Assembly (NCBI RefSeq): GCF_009914755.1
Contig: NC_060932.1
Length of the DNA stretch: 64,000 bases
Source: the human T2T-CHM13v2.0 reference genome, Homo sapiens
Reading direction: 5' to 3' (one strand)
A program made the position numbers and the translations under genes. A model generated the notes under the pieces. The model did not search any database. It was given only the letters and a program-made list of their open reading frames with translations, and was not told the DNA's origin. The first letter of the stretch is position 1; each line of letters starts with the position of its first letter. Below are positions 44,375 to 58,200 of the stretch, in pieces.

Positions 44375-46477
44375 AGGCCCTTCATTTTCTTGTATATGGA
44401 GAAGAGAGTTGCCTCCCTTCAAATTGAAAGTGTCACACAGAAGCGGAGACTAGCAATTACTTCCCTAGTTAGATGTCTGCTTGGTCAGTGGACTTGATGA
44501 CATGGTAGAGGTGAACAGCAGCAGAGAACTAGAAAGCAAAGGCAGAGCTGAGAGACAGAGCAGCATGGCAATGTGACATGCTATAACAAGTCAGTGCCAA
44601 TTTATTTTAGTGCAAAAAAAATTGAAATCAATGCACAGTTTTTTCCTAATATACATTCTCCATGAACTTTCTGAAGTCCCTCAATACTGGTACACAGATA
44701 GATCACTGTGATGATTACAGCTTGATCACTGTGATGGTTAGTGGTATCCATAGAAAATGGTGACTTAAGCTATCTTTCAAGTAATAAATGCCCTGTAGGA
44801 CTGTCCATTGAATGAGGAAACCCTATTAGCTGGGGTTGGTTCTAAGAGGAGGTAAGATTGGCTGAAAGACCAAATGCTGGAGCTGGATGTCCCACATCAG
44901 GGAATAGAGTACTGGGAGGACTTCAATATGGCCTCTGAATAATACACACATGAAGCCTGGGGGCTGGCCACGCAGAGCACCCTGATGACCAAATAAGGCC
45001 ACAAAGCAACAGAAGGAGAGGTCGCCACACTGCTGGCTTCCAGTCAGCAGGCTTTTCTTCTCCTTTTTTCTGTACCCTTATTGGGAAGGACACCTCCAGA
45101 ACAAAACCCATGTGACATGGACCCAGGGTCACTCTTCCATATGTCTACTGAGTTATTATTCCCAACTCTTTTATTATTGAGTTGCTTTCTTTACTGACAG
45201 AAAATGATACCTTCTTCCCACATTAATTCCCAGATAAAATGGAACAAATTTGTGGGTTACATATTGTTTTCTAATATACTGTCTGGGTACATTTTAATTA
45301 TTGTAGGTTTATCATGTGTTTCAGTATCTAGTATGATTAGCCCTCCTTGATTCTGGTTCTTTTTCAGAATTTTCTTGGTTATTCTTTCTTGCATATCTTA
45401 CCTAATGTTGATGACTTATCACTCAACTCTATGTTAAATGACAGTGATGACAGTAGAAATCTTTGGTCTGTTCCTTTCTTTATGAAAATATTATCTCATT
45501 TATTGATTAAGCAAGATTCTAGCTAATGAGTTCAGTAGACCTATTTTATCATGTTAAAGAAATATCTATTCAGACCTATGTTATGAAGAGTTTTTGATGA
45601 GAATGAATGTTGAATGTTTAACAAATGCCTTTTTAGTAGCTATGGAAATACTCATGATTCTTCTTCCTAAATCTATTAATATAAAATATGTTAATTAATA
45701 AAATATATTCTTTTCTACTACTCTTTTGTTCTTAAATTTCTGGAATAAATACCACTAATGTTTTTAATGTGCTACTGGATTCTTTGATATCTATGATTAC
45801 ATTTATTTATTTTCATTTTGTATTTTCGTGTGGATACGCAAGGGCTTTGCTTTTTTTATTTTTAATTAATTCTTAGAGTTTTATTATCAAGATTATGCTT
45901 GTTTTTAAAAAATACCTTATGGCATTAATTATTTTCTAATTCTCTAAGCAATTTAAGTAACATTGGAAATGTTATTTAAAGGAATGATAGTTCCTCCTGG
46001 AAAAGCACCTGACCACATGATTTAGTAAAGGTAGCTCTTCCACAGGTTTAACACGTGGAATAATTAACAACCTCTACAGCCATGCCAGAGAGTCATAATT
46101 TGAGTATCTGTTCTGTTCTGATCTCTGGCAACTTGTTTTCTCCTTGTAACATTCTATTTAGATTTCTCTCTCTTTTGACATAAATTTTCATTAGTTACAT
46201 TTTTCTGTAAAATTACTAATTTTATTCATTGCTTACAAATATTTGCATATAATTATCCAAAATACTAGTGGAAAAAATAAAATGCATAAGTAAGGGTTAG
46301 AAGCATCTCTGGAGTGAAAAGACACTGTCAAAAACACATGAGGGATATGAAGACAGATACGAAAAAAGCCAGCTCTTTTTTCATTATGTTTTCATAATGC
46401 TCTGAAAACAAAGAGCTAAAAGGGATTGAAGAGAAAGAGAGAGAGCTAGAAATTGGGCAAAGAAGATCAACAGATGA

Positions 46478-47432
46478 GTGGCACCCAATCATTTTGGCCT
46501 CAGGAACCCTTTACTTTTAAAAATTATTGACAAGCACTAAGAGCTTTTATTTACATGGCTTACATGTAGCTATGCTTACTGCATTGGGAACTAAAACTGA
46601 GAATTTAAAAATTTATGTGTTCATTTTAAAATTACAATTATAAACTCATGGCATTTTTAAATAACATGTTTTTATGAAAATTAATTATATTTTCTACAAA
46701 AAAGTAGTGAGTAGAGTAGCATTGTTTTACAAATCTCAGTAGTAGAAGAACTGCTTTCAAATTCAATCTCTTACAATTAGTTGTTTTGGTTGAAGTCTAT
46801 GAATAAAATATTACCTCACAAAGACATGTTTTCAAAAGTATAGGAGTATTTTTAAAGATTTTTCAGATAACTGTAAACATTCCTTTATGCTATACCAAAA
46901 TTTGACAATTGGTAGCTTCTTTTTTTTATTATCCTTTAAGTTTTAGGGTATATGTGCACAATGTGCAGGTTAGTTACAAATGTATACATGTGCCATGTTG
47001 GTGTGCTGCACCCAGTAACTCATCATTTAACTTTACTTATCATTTAACTTTAGGTAGCTTCTTTTGACATTTCCTTTATCACACAAACTACTGAAAGTAT
47101 ACGTATGTAAAGGTCAAGATTTAATAAAAGTAATATTTCCCCCTGTTTCATCAATAACAGCATCAAGTAAAATTACTTTTCTTTTTTACTTTCTGCTACA
47201 AACAAAGGATATAATGATATACTCCTACCATTTGGCACCCTCTGTCTTGGTTCAGGCTGAGGCTCCAGCAGTTTTACCCACCATGACTTTTGCACCATCA
47301 GCGCAAATTTCAACCCAGTGAAGAGGCAAATTACTGATACTATTATGAGAAAGTTTTAACCTAGGAAACCCCCTCAAGGGTCTCTGGATCTCCCTCAACC
47401 AGCAACCACAGAACACACTTTGAGAAGTACTG
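46478..47432 (-). mobile_element. Charlie1-family hAT transposon remnant
   Basis: Ends …cacactttgagaagtactg; start resembles ttttggtctcaggacccctttac…aaaaattattga. Confidence 0.7.
46921..47052 (-). mobile_element. Short young L1PA 3' end inserted in Charlie1
   Basis: L1 3'UTR terminus; exact TSD ggtagcttctttt (46911-46923, 47053-47065). Confidence 0.9.
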
Positions 47433-47939
47433 CAACATACACAAAATGTGGAGGTTCCCCAAAAAGAAACAAATAATGAGACAGAAGTGATATTAAAAGA
47501 ATTAATTCAAGAGAACATTCCTTAAATAAAATAGTATCTGATTCTTCATAGTAAAAAAATCACCTAATACCCGAAGGAAATTCAAAACTAAGACACCTTA
47601 GGCAGAATAAGACTGTCATAGCACATGAAATTCATGTGCAATATGCCCAAAATATAGTTAAGGAAGCTGATTCCTCAGCTGGAAACAGATGAAGGTTCTG
47701 CAAAGTATTACTGGGAACAGGTACTGGGGGGAAAAATATTCCTCATAATCTCAGAGATAAAATGATTCAACCTGCTATACTTTTTCTTGAATTAATTCAC
47801 TCTTCCATTCCCACCACTGTGATCCTAGTTTATAGATCTCATAACGTGTCACTTGGTGACAGTAGTAGCTCCCGTGGTTTCTGACTTTCATTTTTCTCCA
47901 CTCCAACCTATCCTATCCTCTTTAGGTTAACAAATATTA

Positions 47940-48258
47940 TTTTTCTATTTTTTTTTTTCAACATGGAGTCTTGCTTTGTTGCCCAGGCTGGAGTGCGGTG
48001 GCATGATCTTGACTCACTGAAACCTCCACCTCCCAGGTTCAAACGATTCTCCCTCCTCAGCCTCCCACCTCAGCCTCCCGAGTAGCTGGGACTACAGGCA
48101 CATGCCACCATGCCTGGCTAATTTTTGTATTTTTAGTAGAGACAGGGTTTCACCATGTTGGCCAGGCTGGTCTCGAACACCTGATCTCAGGTGATCCACT
48201 AGCCTCAGCCTCTCAAAGTGTTGGGATTACAGGTGTGAGCAACCACCACGCTCGCCCC
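47940..48258 (-). mobile_element. AluSx-like
   Basis: Reverse Alu with small internal duplication cctcagcctccc; TSD aggttaa..aatatt. Confidence 0.94.
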
Positions 48259-49004
48259 AGGTTAATGAATATTCTGAATAATCGATCTGATCAAGACTTT
48301 CAATAGTTCTATAGTCTGAAGTCTAGATCTGGTGTGTTCCAACTCAACCAACAATCCCAACTAACTCCTTCCATATGGCTCTCACCTGCCACCATTCACA
48401 AAATCTGGTGCCACACTTAGGGCTCTTTGTTCTCTAAAACACTTGTTTGCTTCCATATTCATGCCAATTGCTAGTGGTATTTTCTCACCTACGGATATGT
48501 AGTAGATTTATCAAATTCTTCTACATATGTCAACTCCTAGATTAAATGGTGTATTCTAACACTAATTTCAACAGGGGCAACTTACAGTGGTCTTAGAGAG
48601 TCGACGAAGCCTCCATAGGGAAGTGAAGTGGCTTCTAGATTGAGATCTAAAGCATCAACAGGAGCAAGTCAAGTGAAAGGATTTGGCAACAGGGAAAAAT
48701 CAAGATGAGGCTCTTTAGTGTCCTTACCTCATATTTGGTTTTAATAATATGTGTGGACTTACTATTGGTCCCATTTTAAAAGATATAATGTAAATACCAC
48801 CTAATTTTTGGATTTTAGTTGAACACCAATTCAAAAGTAGTTTGAAACATTCTGCAGACAAGCTTTTGGTATTTCCTCTTAGACAGAAAGGTTTGCCAGG
48901 GCACGTCATAGCCTGACACCTTTCCACAATTGTATTTTCAAATCTTCCCACTCGTTTGAGTTGCTATTTTCATATCTTCCCTACAATCCTTTTTCCCCCC
49001 CGTA

Positions 49005-49112
49005 GAACCTCAACTTCCTTTAAAAAAAAAAAAAATTTAGTATGTCTAAAATATAAGGGAACCTCAACTTCTTTTTTAAAAAAAACATTTAATATGTCTA
49101 AAATATAAGGGG
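49005..49112. repeat. Tandem duplication, 2 x ~54 bp
   Basis: gaacctcaacttc…tatgtctaaaatataaggg at 49005 and 49059. Confidence 0.9.
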
Positions 49113-50038
49113 AAAGTAATTGCTAACAGACCATATGTAGACAGTAGCTCAGTGTAGGCCTTCATCTGTGTTCAGGCATCATGAACATGTCAGCATTCCC
49201 AGTGCTTCTTCTCACACCTACGTTGATGCATGCAGCAGAGCTTTGCTTTTCCTTCTCCTATGCTCTCATCAATATATGTTACCTCTGAATTGAGATCTAA
49301 TACGTCAGAACAAATTGTAGCAAATTGTGGAGAGACTTAGGAAATTATATCAAAATGTAAAGCAGTGCTGAAAACGCAGTTTAGGTGCTATGCATTTTGT
49401 AATTAAGTTCCATCATTTCACCATAAGCCAGAAACTAAGAAAAAATTTCAGCAGTAATTAATAACAACCATTTTTCATTTTTATATTGGAATTATCTTTA
49501 AAAATTCAAATCTTGATTTTTTTCCCTTTTTATATATCAGTTGACAATAAATTATGGATGAATAACACAATCTCATTCCACAATATATATTATGTAGGAT
49601 AAACCTAAGTACAGTTGTCACATGAAGAGTCTGAAGGGGAGTGTCTTCACTGTATTCCTAATACCACTCAGCATAAAACATACTTCAGTGTCAGAGTGAG
49701 ATTCAGCACGTCAGGCCGAGAAGCTGCATTCTTTTGTAAGACAGTCTAGGCAAGTAGGACTAATTAATCATAGTAATTGTAAAAAATTTTGTAAGAAAAC
49801 CTGAAATGGCATTTTTAAGGAAAACATAATCATAATTAGTATGAATGAAAATAGAATTCTAAAAACTGAAGTTATATAAAAGACTGATTGGAAGAAGATA
49901 TCAAATTTGCATTTCTTAGATCATATGACTATATATATATATATAGTCATATATGTCATAAGATCCCTGTCAGGTGTGTTAAAGACACAGGCAGAAGGCA
50001 CACTTCAGAATGTGAATATGAATCACAGTATATATTAC

Positions 50039-50197
50039 CTTTGGGTTTTACAGTCAGCTGCACAGACACCTTTTTCACCCCCAACGAACTGACTGCTTGA
50101 CATTCATATTGGCCTTGATCGTGCTGTGCTGCACGGTCAATTCTCAAAGTGCCAGAGGAGAGAACTGTATGCTGGCCTTCCACAGGGAGCTGCCCTC
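50039..50197 (-). CDS. PXDNL: PXDNL coding exon (~exon 12), C-half of Ig-like domain 3
   Basis: 159 bp; ttgcag|GA acceptor, AAG|gtaata donor; [52 protein letters not shown]. Confidence 0.96.
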
Positions 50198-50834
50198 CTG
50201 CAAAAAGAGGTAAAGAAAGTATTCTTCATGGCCCAGAGCACTGAAAGCCAGAGCTGCTGGCTGTCCTGGCTAAAGGGTGAGGCCTGTCTTTCAGGAAATT
50301 CTCGGTGCTAGGGTGTACTGTGTGCGTTGTGCCCTAGGATTGCAACCCCAGAAACACAGCACCCCCATGCCGCTTGTCCCCGAAACTCTGCCACTGTATC
50401 ATAAGGAATTCTCATCTGTCACCAGAACAGCCCAGCCTCCTAATGAATTTTTAATCTTCATGTTTGTGCCCCTCGGCCTTACTATAATCAGAAAGCAAAT
50501 TTCAAAACCAATCTGATTCTTAAATTTGATTTTCAGATATCTTCGTGACAGTTGTTTATCATGTGTATGCAATATTTGGAATACAATAACGTGATTAAAA
50601 TACATTTAAAATGCAGAGGCAGCATATCGAAAATGGTGATTTTGTGACATTCATGCTGTTATCTACACAGTCAACCAGAGGCCATTGTACTTTGCACTGC
50701 TGAGCTTATATGAGCCTCTGAATCCTTCTTAACACTTTACTCTTATGGTCATTAACAATTAAATGAGATTATAATTTTCAACTAGTTCAGTGAAAACTTG
50801 TATCTTATTGAATGTCTTGTTACAGATGGAAAAA

Positions 50835-51080
50835 GGAATAGCTAACCCTATTGAGCGTACACACACTGTGCCATCAACTATTCTAAATGTTGAAGAGTAT
50901 AAATTATTCAAATCAAACCCCACAACCACCCTATGATGTAGGAAACGTCATCACCCCCAACACAGCAACAAAGACTCTGGCAAACAGCAGTTAACAGATT
51001 TGCTCAAGGTCACATGATAAGCAAATGGAGGAGTGGAGATGTGAGCCAAGGCTTTATGGTTCCAAAGTCTACCTCCTATC
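50835..51080 (-). mobile_element. MIR
   Basis: aatagctaac…cacaaccaccctatga…ttgctcaaggtcacatga. Confidence 0.7.
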
Positions 51081-51457
51081 AACTAATCTCATAAAGAATA
51101 GAGCAAAAATGTTAAGACAAGAAATTCATAAATGTAGATTTTGAATTTTATTTCGTACCTGAACTAATATGGAAAGTAGGATTCCCAAGCCCGGAGGAAC
51201 CTTAGACAAGCTCTCATCCAGCCAATCGTCAATCCTGTTCTGTTATGTGCCCAGATTCCCTGTAAGTGTCTGGCGCCTTGGTGGGGCATAGGGGGTTAGA
51301 TCCTGCCTGCCAGGCCCACGCCCCACCACCCACACTTCAGGAACAGCAGCTCTTTTTTGGAGCTTCACTTCGGATTTCATTTCACTTGTGATTTCATTTT
51401 GTACTAGAAGAAAATTATCCCACTGAAAAAAGAAATGTCTAAAACTGCTACACTTGC

Positions 51458-51760
51458 GGCCGGGCGCGGTGGCTCACTCCTGCAATCCCAGAACTTTGGG
51501 AGGCCGAGGCGGGCGGATCACGAGATCAGCAGATTGAGACCATCCTGGCTAACACGGTGAAACCCCGTCTCTATTAAAAATACAGAAAAAGTAGCCGGGC
51601 GTGGTGGCGGGCACCTGTAGTCCCAGCTACAGGCTGAGGCAGAAGAATGGCGTGAACCCGGGAGGCGGAGCTTGCAGTGAGCCGAGATTGCACCACTGCA
51701 CTCCAGCCTGGGAGACAGAACAAGACTCTGTCTCAAAACAAACAAACAAACAAACAAAAC
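51458..51760 (+). mobile_element. AluY with (CAAA)n tail
   Basis: CpG-rich Alu with Y diagnostics (ggctaacacggtgaaacccc, aatggcgtgaacccggg). Confidence 0.94.
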
Positions 51761-52028
51761 AACTGTACGCTTTCCAGTAATTTTATTTTAAAAATCAGGA
51801 AACCGAGTCCCAGAGGGGATGATCTCAGGAAGGCCACACACTCAAATGCCAAAACTCAAAACACCACGAAAATTATGATGATGTCATATTTAGATCAAAG
51901 ATTATTTTCTGTGTAATTTTTTCATGTCCATGATACACCTTCGATAATTAATTTAAACTATTTTTTTTTACTATCCACAAAAGAAGGCACTTATTTTTCC
52001 CCACAATTACCTGCAGATGTTCTAATAC

Positions 52029-52145
52029 CTGTTTTTGTCCAGACAATAACAGGAGGTGGGTTGCCGTCAGCTTCACAGAGCCACTCTACAGCATGTTCTT
52101 CCAGCACCACTTGATCCTTGGGGGTTACTGTAAATTGTGGAGGAG
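52029..52145 (-). CDS. PXDNL: PXDNL coding exon (~exon 11), N-half of Ig-like domain 3
   Basis: 117 bp, read directly (not in ORF track); tttag|CT acceptor, CAG|gtatta donor; [38 protein letters not shown]. Confidence 0.93.
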
Positions 52146-52846
52146 CTAAAGAGAATGAAACATACATCAAAATTGAAAATTATTTTACAAATTTTCAGTG
52201 CCAATAGAAAAAAGAAAATGTCTTCAAATATGTCATGTGATCAGAATTTGTTTACAATTATATATAAACAAGGTTATAAAGAGTGTGGAGGTGCTTCTGT
52301 ATGTTTGTGCCTGTTTGCAAGGAAGCCAGAAATACACACATCTGGTCTGCAAAGCAAAACAGCAGTAGCCAACAAGAAGAAACCATTTCTAAATCTTACG
52401 GCAGCTGTTTCCCATGATTGAATCATATTGGTTATCATTTTAGTAGATGTGATAAACATATTTAAAGCTACAAATTGTACTTTAAACTATTAACAAAACC
52501 GTCTTCTCCAAACTTTCACATGCACAATAAAATTTGAAACGAGTTGATCTTTCGATTTCAGAAAGAAAAATAAGCTCCTTAAGATTAATGTTCCTGCAAC
52601 ACTTGAAATTATACTTTTGAAAAAGTCATATTTATGTCAAAATTCAGAGTTCCAAATATTCAGATTTTGTATTATTGCTTTTGTATAAATAAGAAATAGC
52701 TAATAGCTGCATATGCCATTCCTGAAAAGGGATTCTGTCCGTGACTCTTTGATTGAATAAAAAAATAAATCAATGTGGCCATTTAAGAAGAGCGCAATGA
52801 TCCCCAGTAACGCCTAAGTGATCAAAAGAACTTTCGCAGATGACTT

Positions 52847-53479
52847 TGTAACTGGAAAGGTGTCCCAATCCAGATCCCAAAAAAGGATTCTTGGACTTTG
52901 TGCAAAAAAGAATATGAGGCAAATCCATACAGTAAAGTGAAAGCAGGTTTATTAGGAAAGTAAAGGAATCAAGAATGGCTACTCCACAGGCAGAGAAGCA
53001 GTATAGGCTGCTGGGCTGAGTATACTTACAGTTATTTCTCGATTATGTGCTAAACATGGGGTGGATTATTTACGAGTTTTCTGGAAAGGGGTGGGCAATT
53101 CCCAGAACTTAGAGTTCCTCCCCATTTTAGACCATAAAAGGCAACTTCCTGACATTGCCATGGCATTTGTAAACTGTCCTGGTGCTGGTAGGAGTGTTTT
53201 GTAACATGCTAATGCATTATAATTAGCATAAAATGAGCAGTGAGAACAACCAGGGGTCACTGTCATCGCCATCTTGCTTTTGGCAGGTTTTTGCCAGCTC
53301 CTTTACTGCATCATGTTTTATCAGCAGGGTCTTTGTGCCCTGTATATTGTGCCAACCTCCTATCTCATCCTGTGACTAAAAATGCTAAACCTGCTAGGAA
53401 TCCAGCCCAGCAGGTCTCACCCTCATTTTACCCAGCCCTCATTCAAGATGGAGTCACTCTGGTTCAAATGCCTTTAACA
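52847..53479 (-). mobile_element. MER41 (MER41B-like) solo LTR, 633 bp
   Basis: TG…CA ends; exact 4-bp TSD actt; reverse complement begins tgttaaaggcatttgaaccagagtgactccatcttgaat, matching recalled MER41. Confidence 0.88.
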
Positions 53480-53769
53480 ACTTGACAAATCATTTCTCTG
53501 CCTTGTTAGATTTTTGCACAATTCCTACTACCCCCTTCTTTTCACCTGCATCTGGAAATACAAGAAACATGATAAAGTAAATAATATTTGGCAAAGTGTA
53601 TTTGTTGCAAGTTTCATACTGTGTGCAAGTACTAAAGAGTTTTTTAAAGTCTTCATCCATTCTAAGTAAGGTGCTGGACTAAATATGGTATAAAATAAAT
53701 TTCCAAGTCACACAAATTCATGGAAACCCTCAGGAATGCCTGCAAGCTATTTGTAATAGAGTTCTAGAA

Positions 53770-53950
53770 AAGTCAAGCTGGAAAACAGCCCACAAATCAG
53801 CAATCTCAGGCTCCTCACTGCACAGATGAGAAAATTCAGACTCTGGGAGGTAGGATTGAATTTCTCTCGGTCAGAACTAATAAGTAGAAAAGATAGTAGA
53901 GAATCTGGGCCGCTCAACCCCCAGCCTGATGTTCTTTCCAGAACATTACA
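53770..53950 (-). mobile_element. MIR
   Basis: cagatgagaaaattcagact…cagaactaataagtag core. Confidence 0.55.
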
Positions 53951-55924
53951 CTAACTCCCAAAATTACTAGGAACAACTTAAAAAGAACAAAAATATTTCT
54001 ACATTAAAAAATAGATTCATGACACAGTAAAAGAGCTATATAACAAAAGATGGTAGTAGTTAAGAGAAATAATGTAGTCCTGGTTCTAGTGTTGGGAAAT
54101 TTGATTTCAACTTTTGAATAATAATAACTTTAATAATTATTAACATATTAAAATTTAATTTTATTTTAATTATTAAAAATATTAACATTTAATAACTTTA
54201 ATAATAATTAAAGTTCACGGTTAGCCAAGTCTGTGTGAAAAGAATTGTTAAACTTCACGTGTTCTCACTTTTAACAGAACCCAAGATCCACATCTTAGCA
54301 AAGCATAGAAAACATTTAAGAAAATAGTCAATTTACATTTGTTTCTAACACTAAAATGAGCAGCTTGCTAGGTCGATGAAGAAATTATGAACATCACCAA
54401 AGCAGGCAGAGAAGGTGGAATAATTAGACAGGAATGATGAAGCTGACATCTTTGGGCTTTCCATTTAAAATGATGGCCTTCTGAGTCCCACCTCCAGTGC
54501 TAAAATAGCACATGCCGAGATGAAGTGTTTTGCTATTTTATTAAAATCTAAAATTCTGGCTACTCATTAAGGTGCTGCCTCACACACAAAGCATTTTGAC
54601 TTACACTGTTGATGACCATAGGCCTTTTTACCTATATGTCCACACTGTGATTCATATCTTTCATTGAAGCTTTTTTGTGTCATTTTATTTGTGTTATTTT
54701 ATTTTAGTCAGTCTAAAAAAGGAAGTTTATCTGTGGATAACTGTGATCTCAGTTTAAATAGACATTAAAAGATCAAGAACATGGATAGAAACCTGTTAAA
54801 ATGACACAAAAGGATACATCTTAAAATGTTTCATCTATGATTAGGCAAATAAAATCAGCCTTTTAAATAAATGTATAGAATGATTAATGGACCGTTTCAA
54901 AATCAATTAAAAATCTGGGCACACAGATCCAAAAGTGACACAAGTACATGGTCACAAATAACAAAGGACAAGCAGATGGCCATTTCAGTGCAAACTCACT
55001 GGCAACAAGAAATCATTAGCATATTGTGGTAGAAGAAATAGGCAGGATGGTAAAGGTTACCAGAGTTCTGTTAAGCAATGACTGACGCAGATGGGCAGAT
55101 GGAAGCATAGAAAGGAAGTACATGGAAAAAGCTGAGAAACAAAAGCCTAGCACAGTGTGGAATACAGGCAACCACTAAAGTGTGAAAGTGATCAGGCGTT
55201 AGGTTTCTAAAAAACAGACATTGAACACAAAATGATGTAAGCAAAACAAAACCCAAACACAGTTTCTTTGAAGGCATTTTTCAATCTCAACATATTAAAA
55301 GTTTAAAAATAACGTTTGGGTCCTTTAAAAGTAATTTCCCCCAGAAGTTACCAAAGACCTCAAGAAAATATTTCATTTCTGTGCCTTCTTATTAGAGCAA
55401 GGAAAGTATTTTTGGGATATTAGCAGTTCTAGGGAAAAACACAATTTTTTTTCCTGAGACATGTAAATAGGAATAAGAAAGTATTGATCTATTGCTATTA
55501 AAGGAGTTGATGCTAAACAGTTCAATTTAGAAAACATTCTCTGAATGCAGGAAGACTAGGCTGGAGGAAGCCTTGTGCTTTGTGGGGGCCAAGATCACTC
55601 TTGGGGCCACTGGGGCTCACTGTTCTGAAGCCCTCCCAACCCAGGCACTGCACTAGGCTGGCCACTTCCCTTTTTCTCTGTTCTGTGTTTCACACGGTTC
55701 AGTGTTTTGGTAGATAACATCCTATGCAAATCTTAAAATAATGAAACTTAACTCAATCAAAATATGCACATATCAGGAAGCCCCTAAAACGGATCATGTA
55801 AATTACCGTACTCTCATCAACTGATGAAAAACTAGTTTAGAAAAAACTGGACCTTTGATATGACTCCAATAGCACTTATATTCTGCTGTTTACTAAACTC
55901 TAACCCTACAGGAAGATGGCATGC

Positions 55925-55968
55925 AGGCACACATGCACACACACACAAACGCACACACACAAACACAT

Positions 55969-56003
<35 letters not shown>

Positions 56004-56020
56004 CACATGCACGCACACAT
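55925..56020. repeat. Imperfect (CA)n microsatellite
   Basis: ~95 bp of interrupted CA repeats. Confidence 0.95.
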
Positions 56021-56569
56021 ACCAGAAAGGGGCCACCCCAGGCTGAGAACCAAAGTACAAAGAAGAATGTGCCTTCTTTATAACACGATTGCATGCCCAT
56101 GCATATAAATTAATTTCTGGATTCAGAATAGTTTTACTATTGCTGTTGTTACGCAGTCTGGCCTCGTAGGAGCCTTCAGCATGTCCTCAAGCTCTGTTGA
56201 GTAGACAGTTTGGTAAGTGACTATGAACACAGGGCACAGCCTTTTCACTTTCATATCTGTACTGTCTTTCCTGTATCTGTGAAATATTCTGAAGCACAAA
56301 TATCTCTTGACAGTTTCCTTCCAGATTAATGACTCCATCTCTTTTGTTGCTAATGGTTGAGTCTGACCTTTGGATAAAGATTGAAGTAGGAAAGAAAAAA
56401 AACAACTTTTAACTTGAAACAGATTAGCTTTGAAAATCTTATTGTGTCAAAAAATAATTGGCAAATAAAAATATTTCTCCACTGATGTACATGACATTAT
56501 TTAAGTTGAAAAATAATTTTCTGAGTGTGGCAGGAGGAACATTTCAATCATGACCTTCTGCTCCCATAC

Positions 56570-56836
56570 CTTGTACAATTATGTTTGCTGCAGCTTGAAC
56601 AGTGCCGTGGCTATTGTTGGCATGACAGGTAAATCGACCATGATCCCGTTGTGTGATGTTCTGTAAGTAAAGTCCACTGGACGTTGCCACATGCCTGGAT
56701 CCATCCAGCTCCAATCCATTGTCCCTGGTCCAAGTGATAAGAGGGTGTGGGTGGCCTGTGGCCATACATTCCAAAGTTGTGCTGGTGCCAATTAAAACCT
56801 CTGTGTCCTGAGGCTGGATTACAAAGCTTGGTTTGG
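56570..56836 (-). CDS. PXDNL: PXDNL coding exon (~exon 10), Ig-like domain 2
   Basis: 267 bp, phase 1-1; catcag|CC acceptor, AAG|gtatgg donor; KPSFVIQPQDTEVLIGTSTTLECMATGHPHPLITW...DHGRFTCHANNSHGTVQAAANIIVQ. Confidence 0.96.
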
Positions 56837-57963
56837 CTGATGGTAAAGGGGGAACAAAACGAAATCCAGCAAGTAGCAGTTAGGAAGATTTATTTATTCT
56901 GCATTGTGGTTTTAAGATTATTGTCATTTTCAAAATTCCTTTAAACTAAAATATTACACATATATATATATACACATTTAATTCCCAGAAAATTAAATCT
57001 AAAATAATGAAATGTGGATTTGCTGTAAGTACATACTTTTTTAAAAAGATTGCTTGCCTTGATATCACGATGTGTTATAGATACTGCAAAGCACCTACAC
57101 AATACATATTCCTTATTTTAGGGGTTAAATGTTTAAACATTCCTTCTTAAGAATACTCACATTTTTTTAAACACAGTTTAGGCACATGTCACTGGGAATA
57201 AATAAAAGTGCTAAGTTTAAGTAGTCATTTCTTCCTCCTGTTTGCTACCTGGAATTCGGGCAGGAATGCCTTTGGGTTACAGGAGCCACTTTGTGATTAA
57301 GAGGTGAAAATTATGAGGAATAAAGAAACCTATGTGCAAAGCAGATCAAAAAGCAGAAAGAAGAATATTATTGGCTCACTATAGGTAATGTGGCAGCTCT
57401 GTGACAGATTACCCTTGTCCTACTTGTGGCATACAATTAAAATATGCACAGACACAAACACACACACATAGAAGCTATGCATTTAAGCCATATCTAGCCA
57501 AGCTTTCAGTTACTTTCAGCTAAACGTATTATAAATTGATTCATCAAGTATACATGTAAATAGAAAATTTAGACTTTCATATAAGGAGTTCCACTCTTAC
57601 AAATTCATAGGAGTTTCTCTTTTCTGGGAATCTCAAGCAAAAATTAAATATTTGCTAAGGTGTTAAAAATGCCTAATGATTGATTCTAAGTTTGGGGAAG
57701 GGGGATCAACCATTCCTGAGATGAACATATTCTGGAAAGTGGAAATAAATTAAATTAATCCAATTCAACAATAAATGTTTAATTTAATTCCTAACAATAT
57801 CGAATGTCTTAAGTATATTAGTAACATACTGGATGTTGGAAAGATACAGAGATGAACAAACACACTCCTCCTTGTGTGCTCCTACTCTAGCTGCATGAAC
57901 AGAGGACAGAACACATCATCTGTAAAACCACAACATGCCTCGGAAAGAATTGTCTCAGAGTTA

Positions 57964-58200
<237 letters not shown>

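Noticed and set aside
54110-54215. Nearly pure AT stretch with quasi-repeats
   Set aside because: Low-complexity sequence with no defined unit or supporting context.
54499-54540. MEF2-like ctaaaatag within a 10-bp inverted repeat
   Set aside because: One base short of the MEF2 consensus; such matches are expected in AT-rich DNA.
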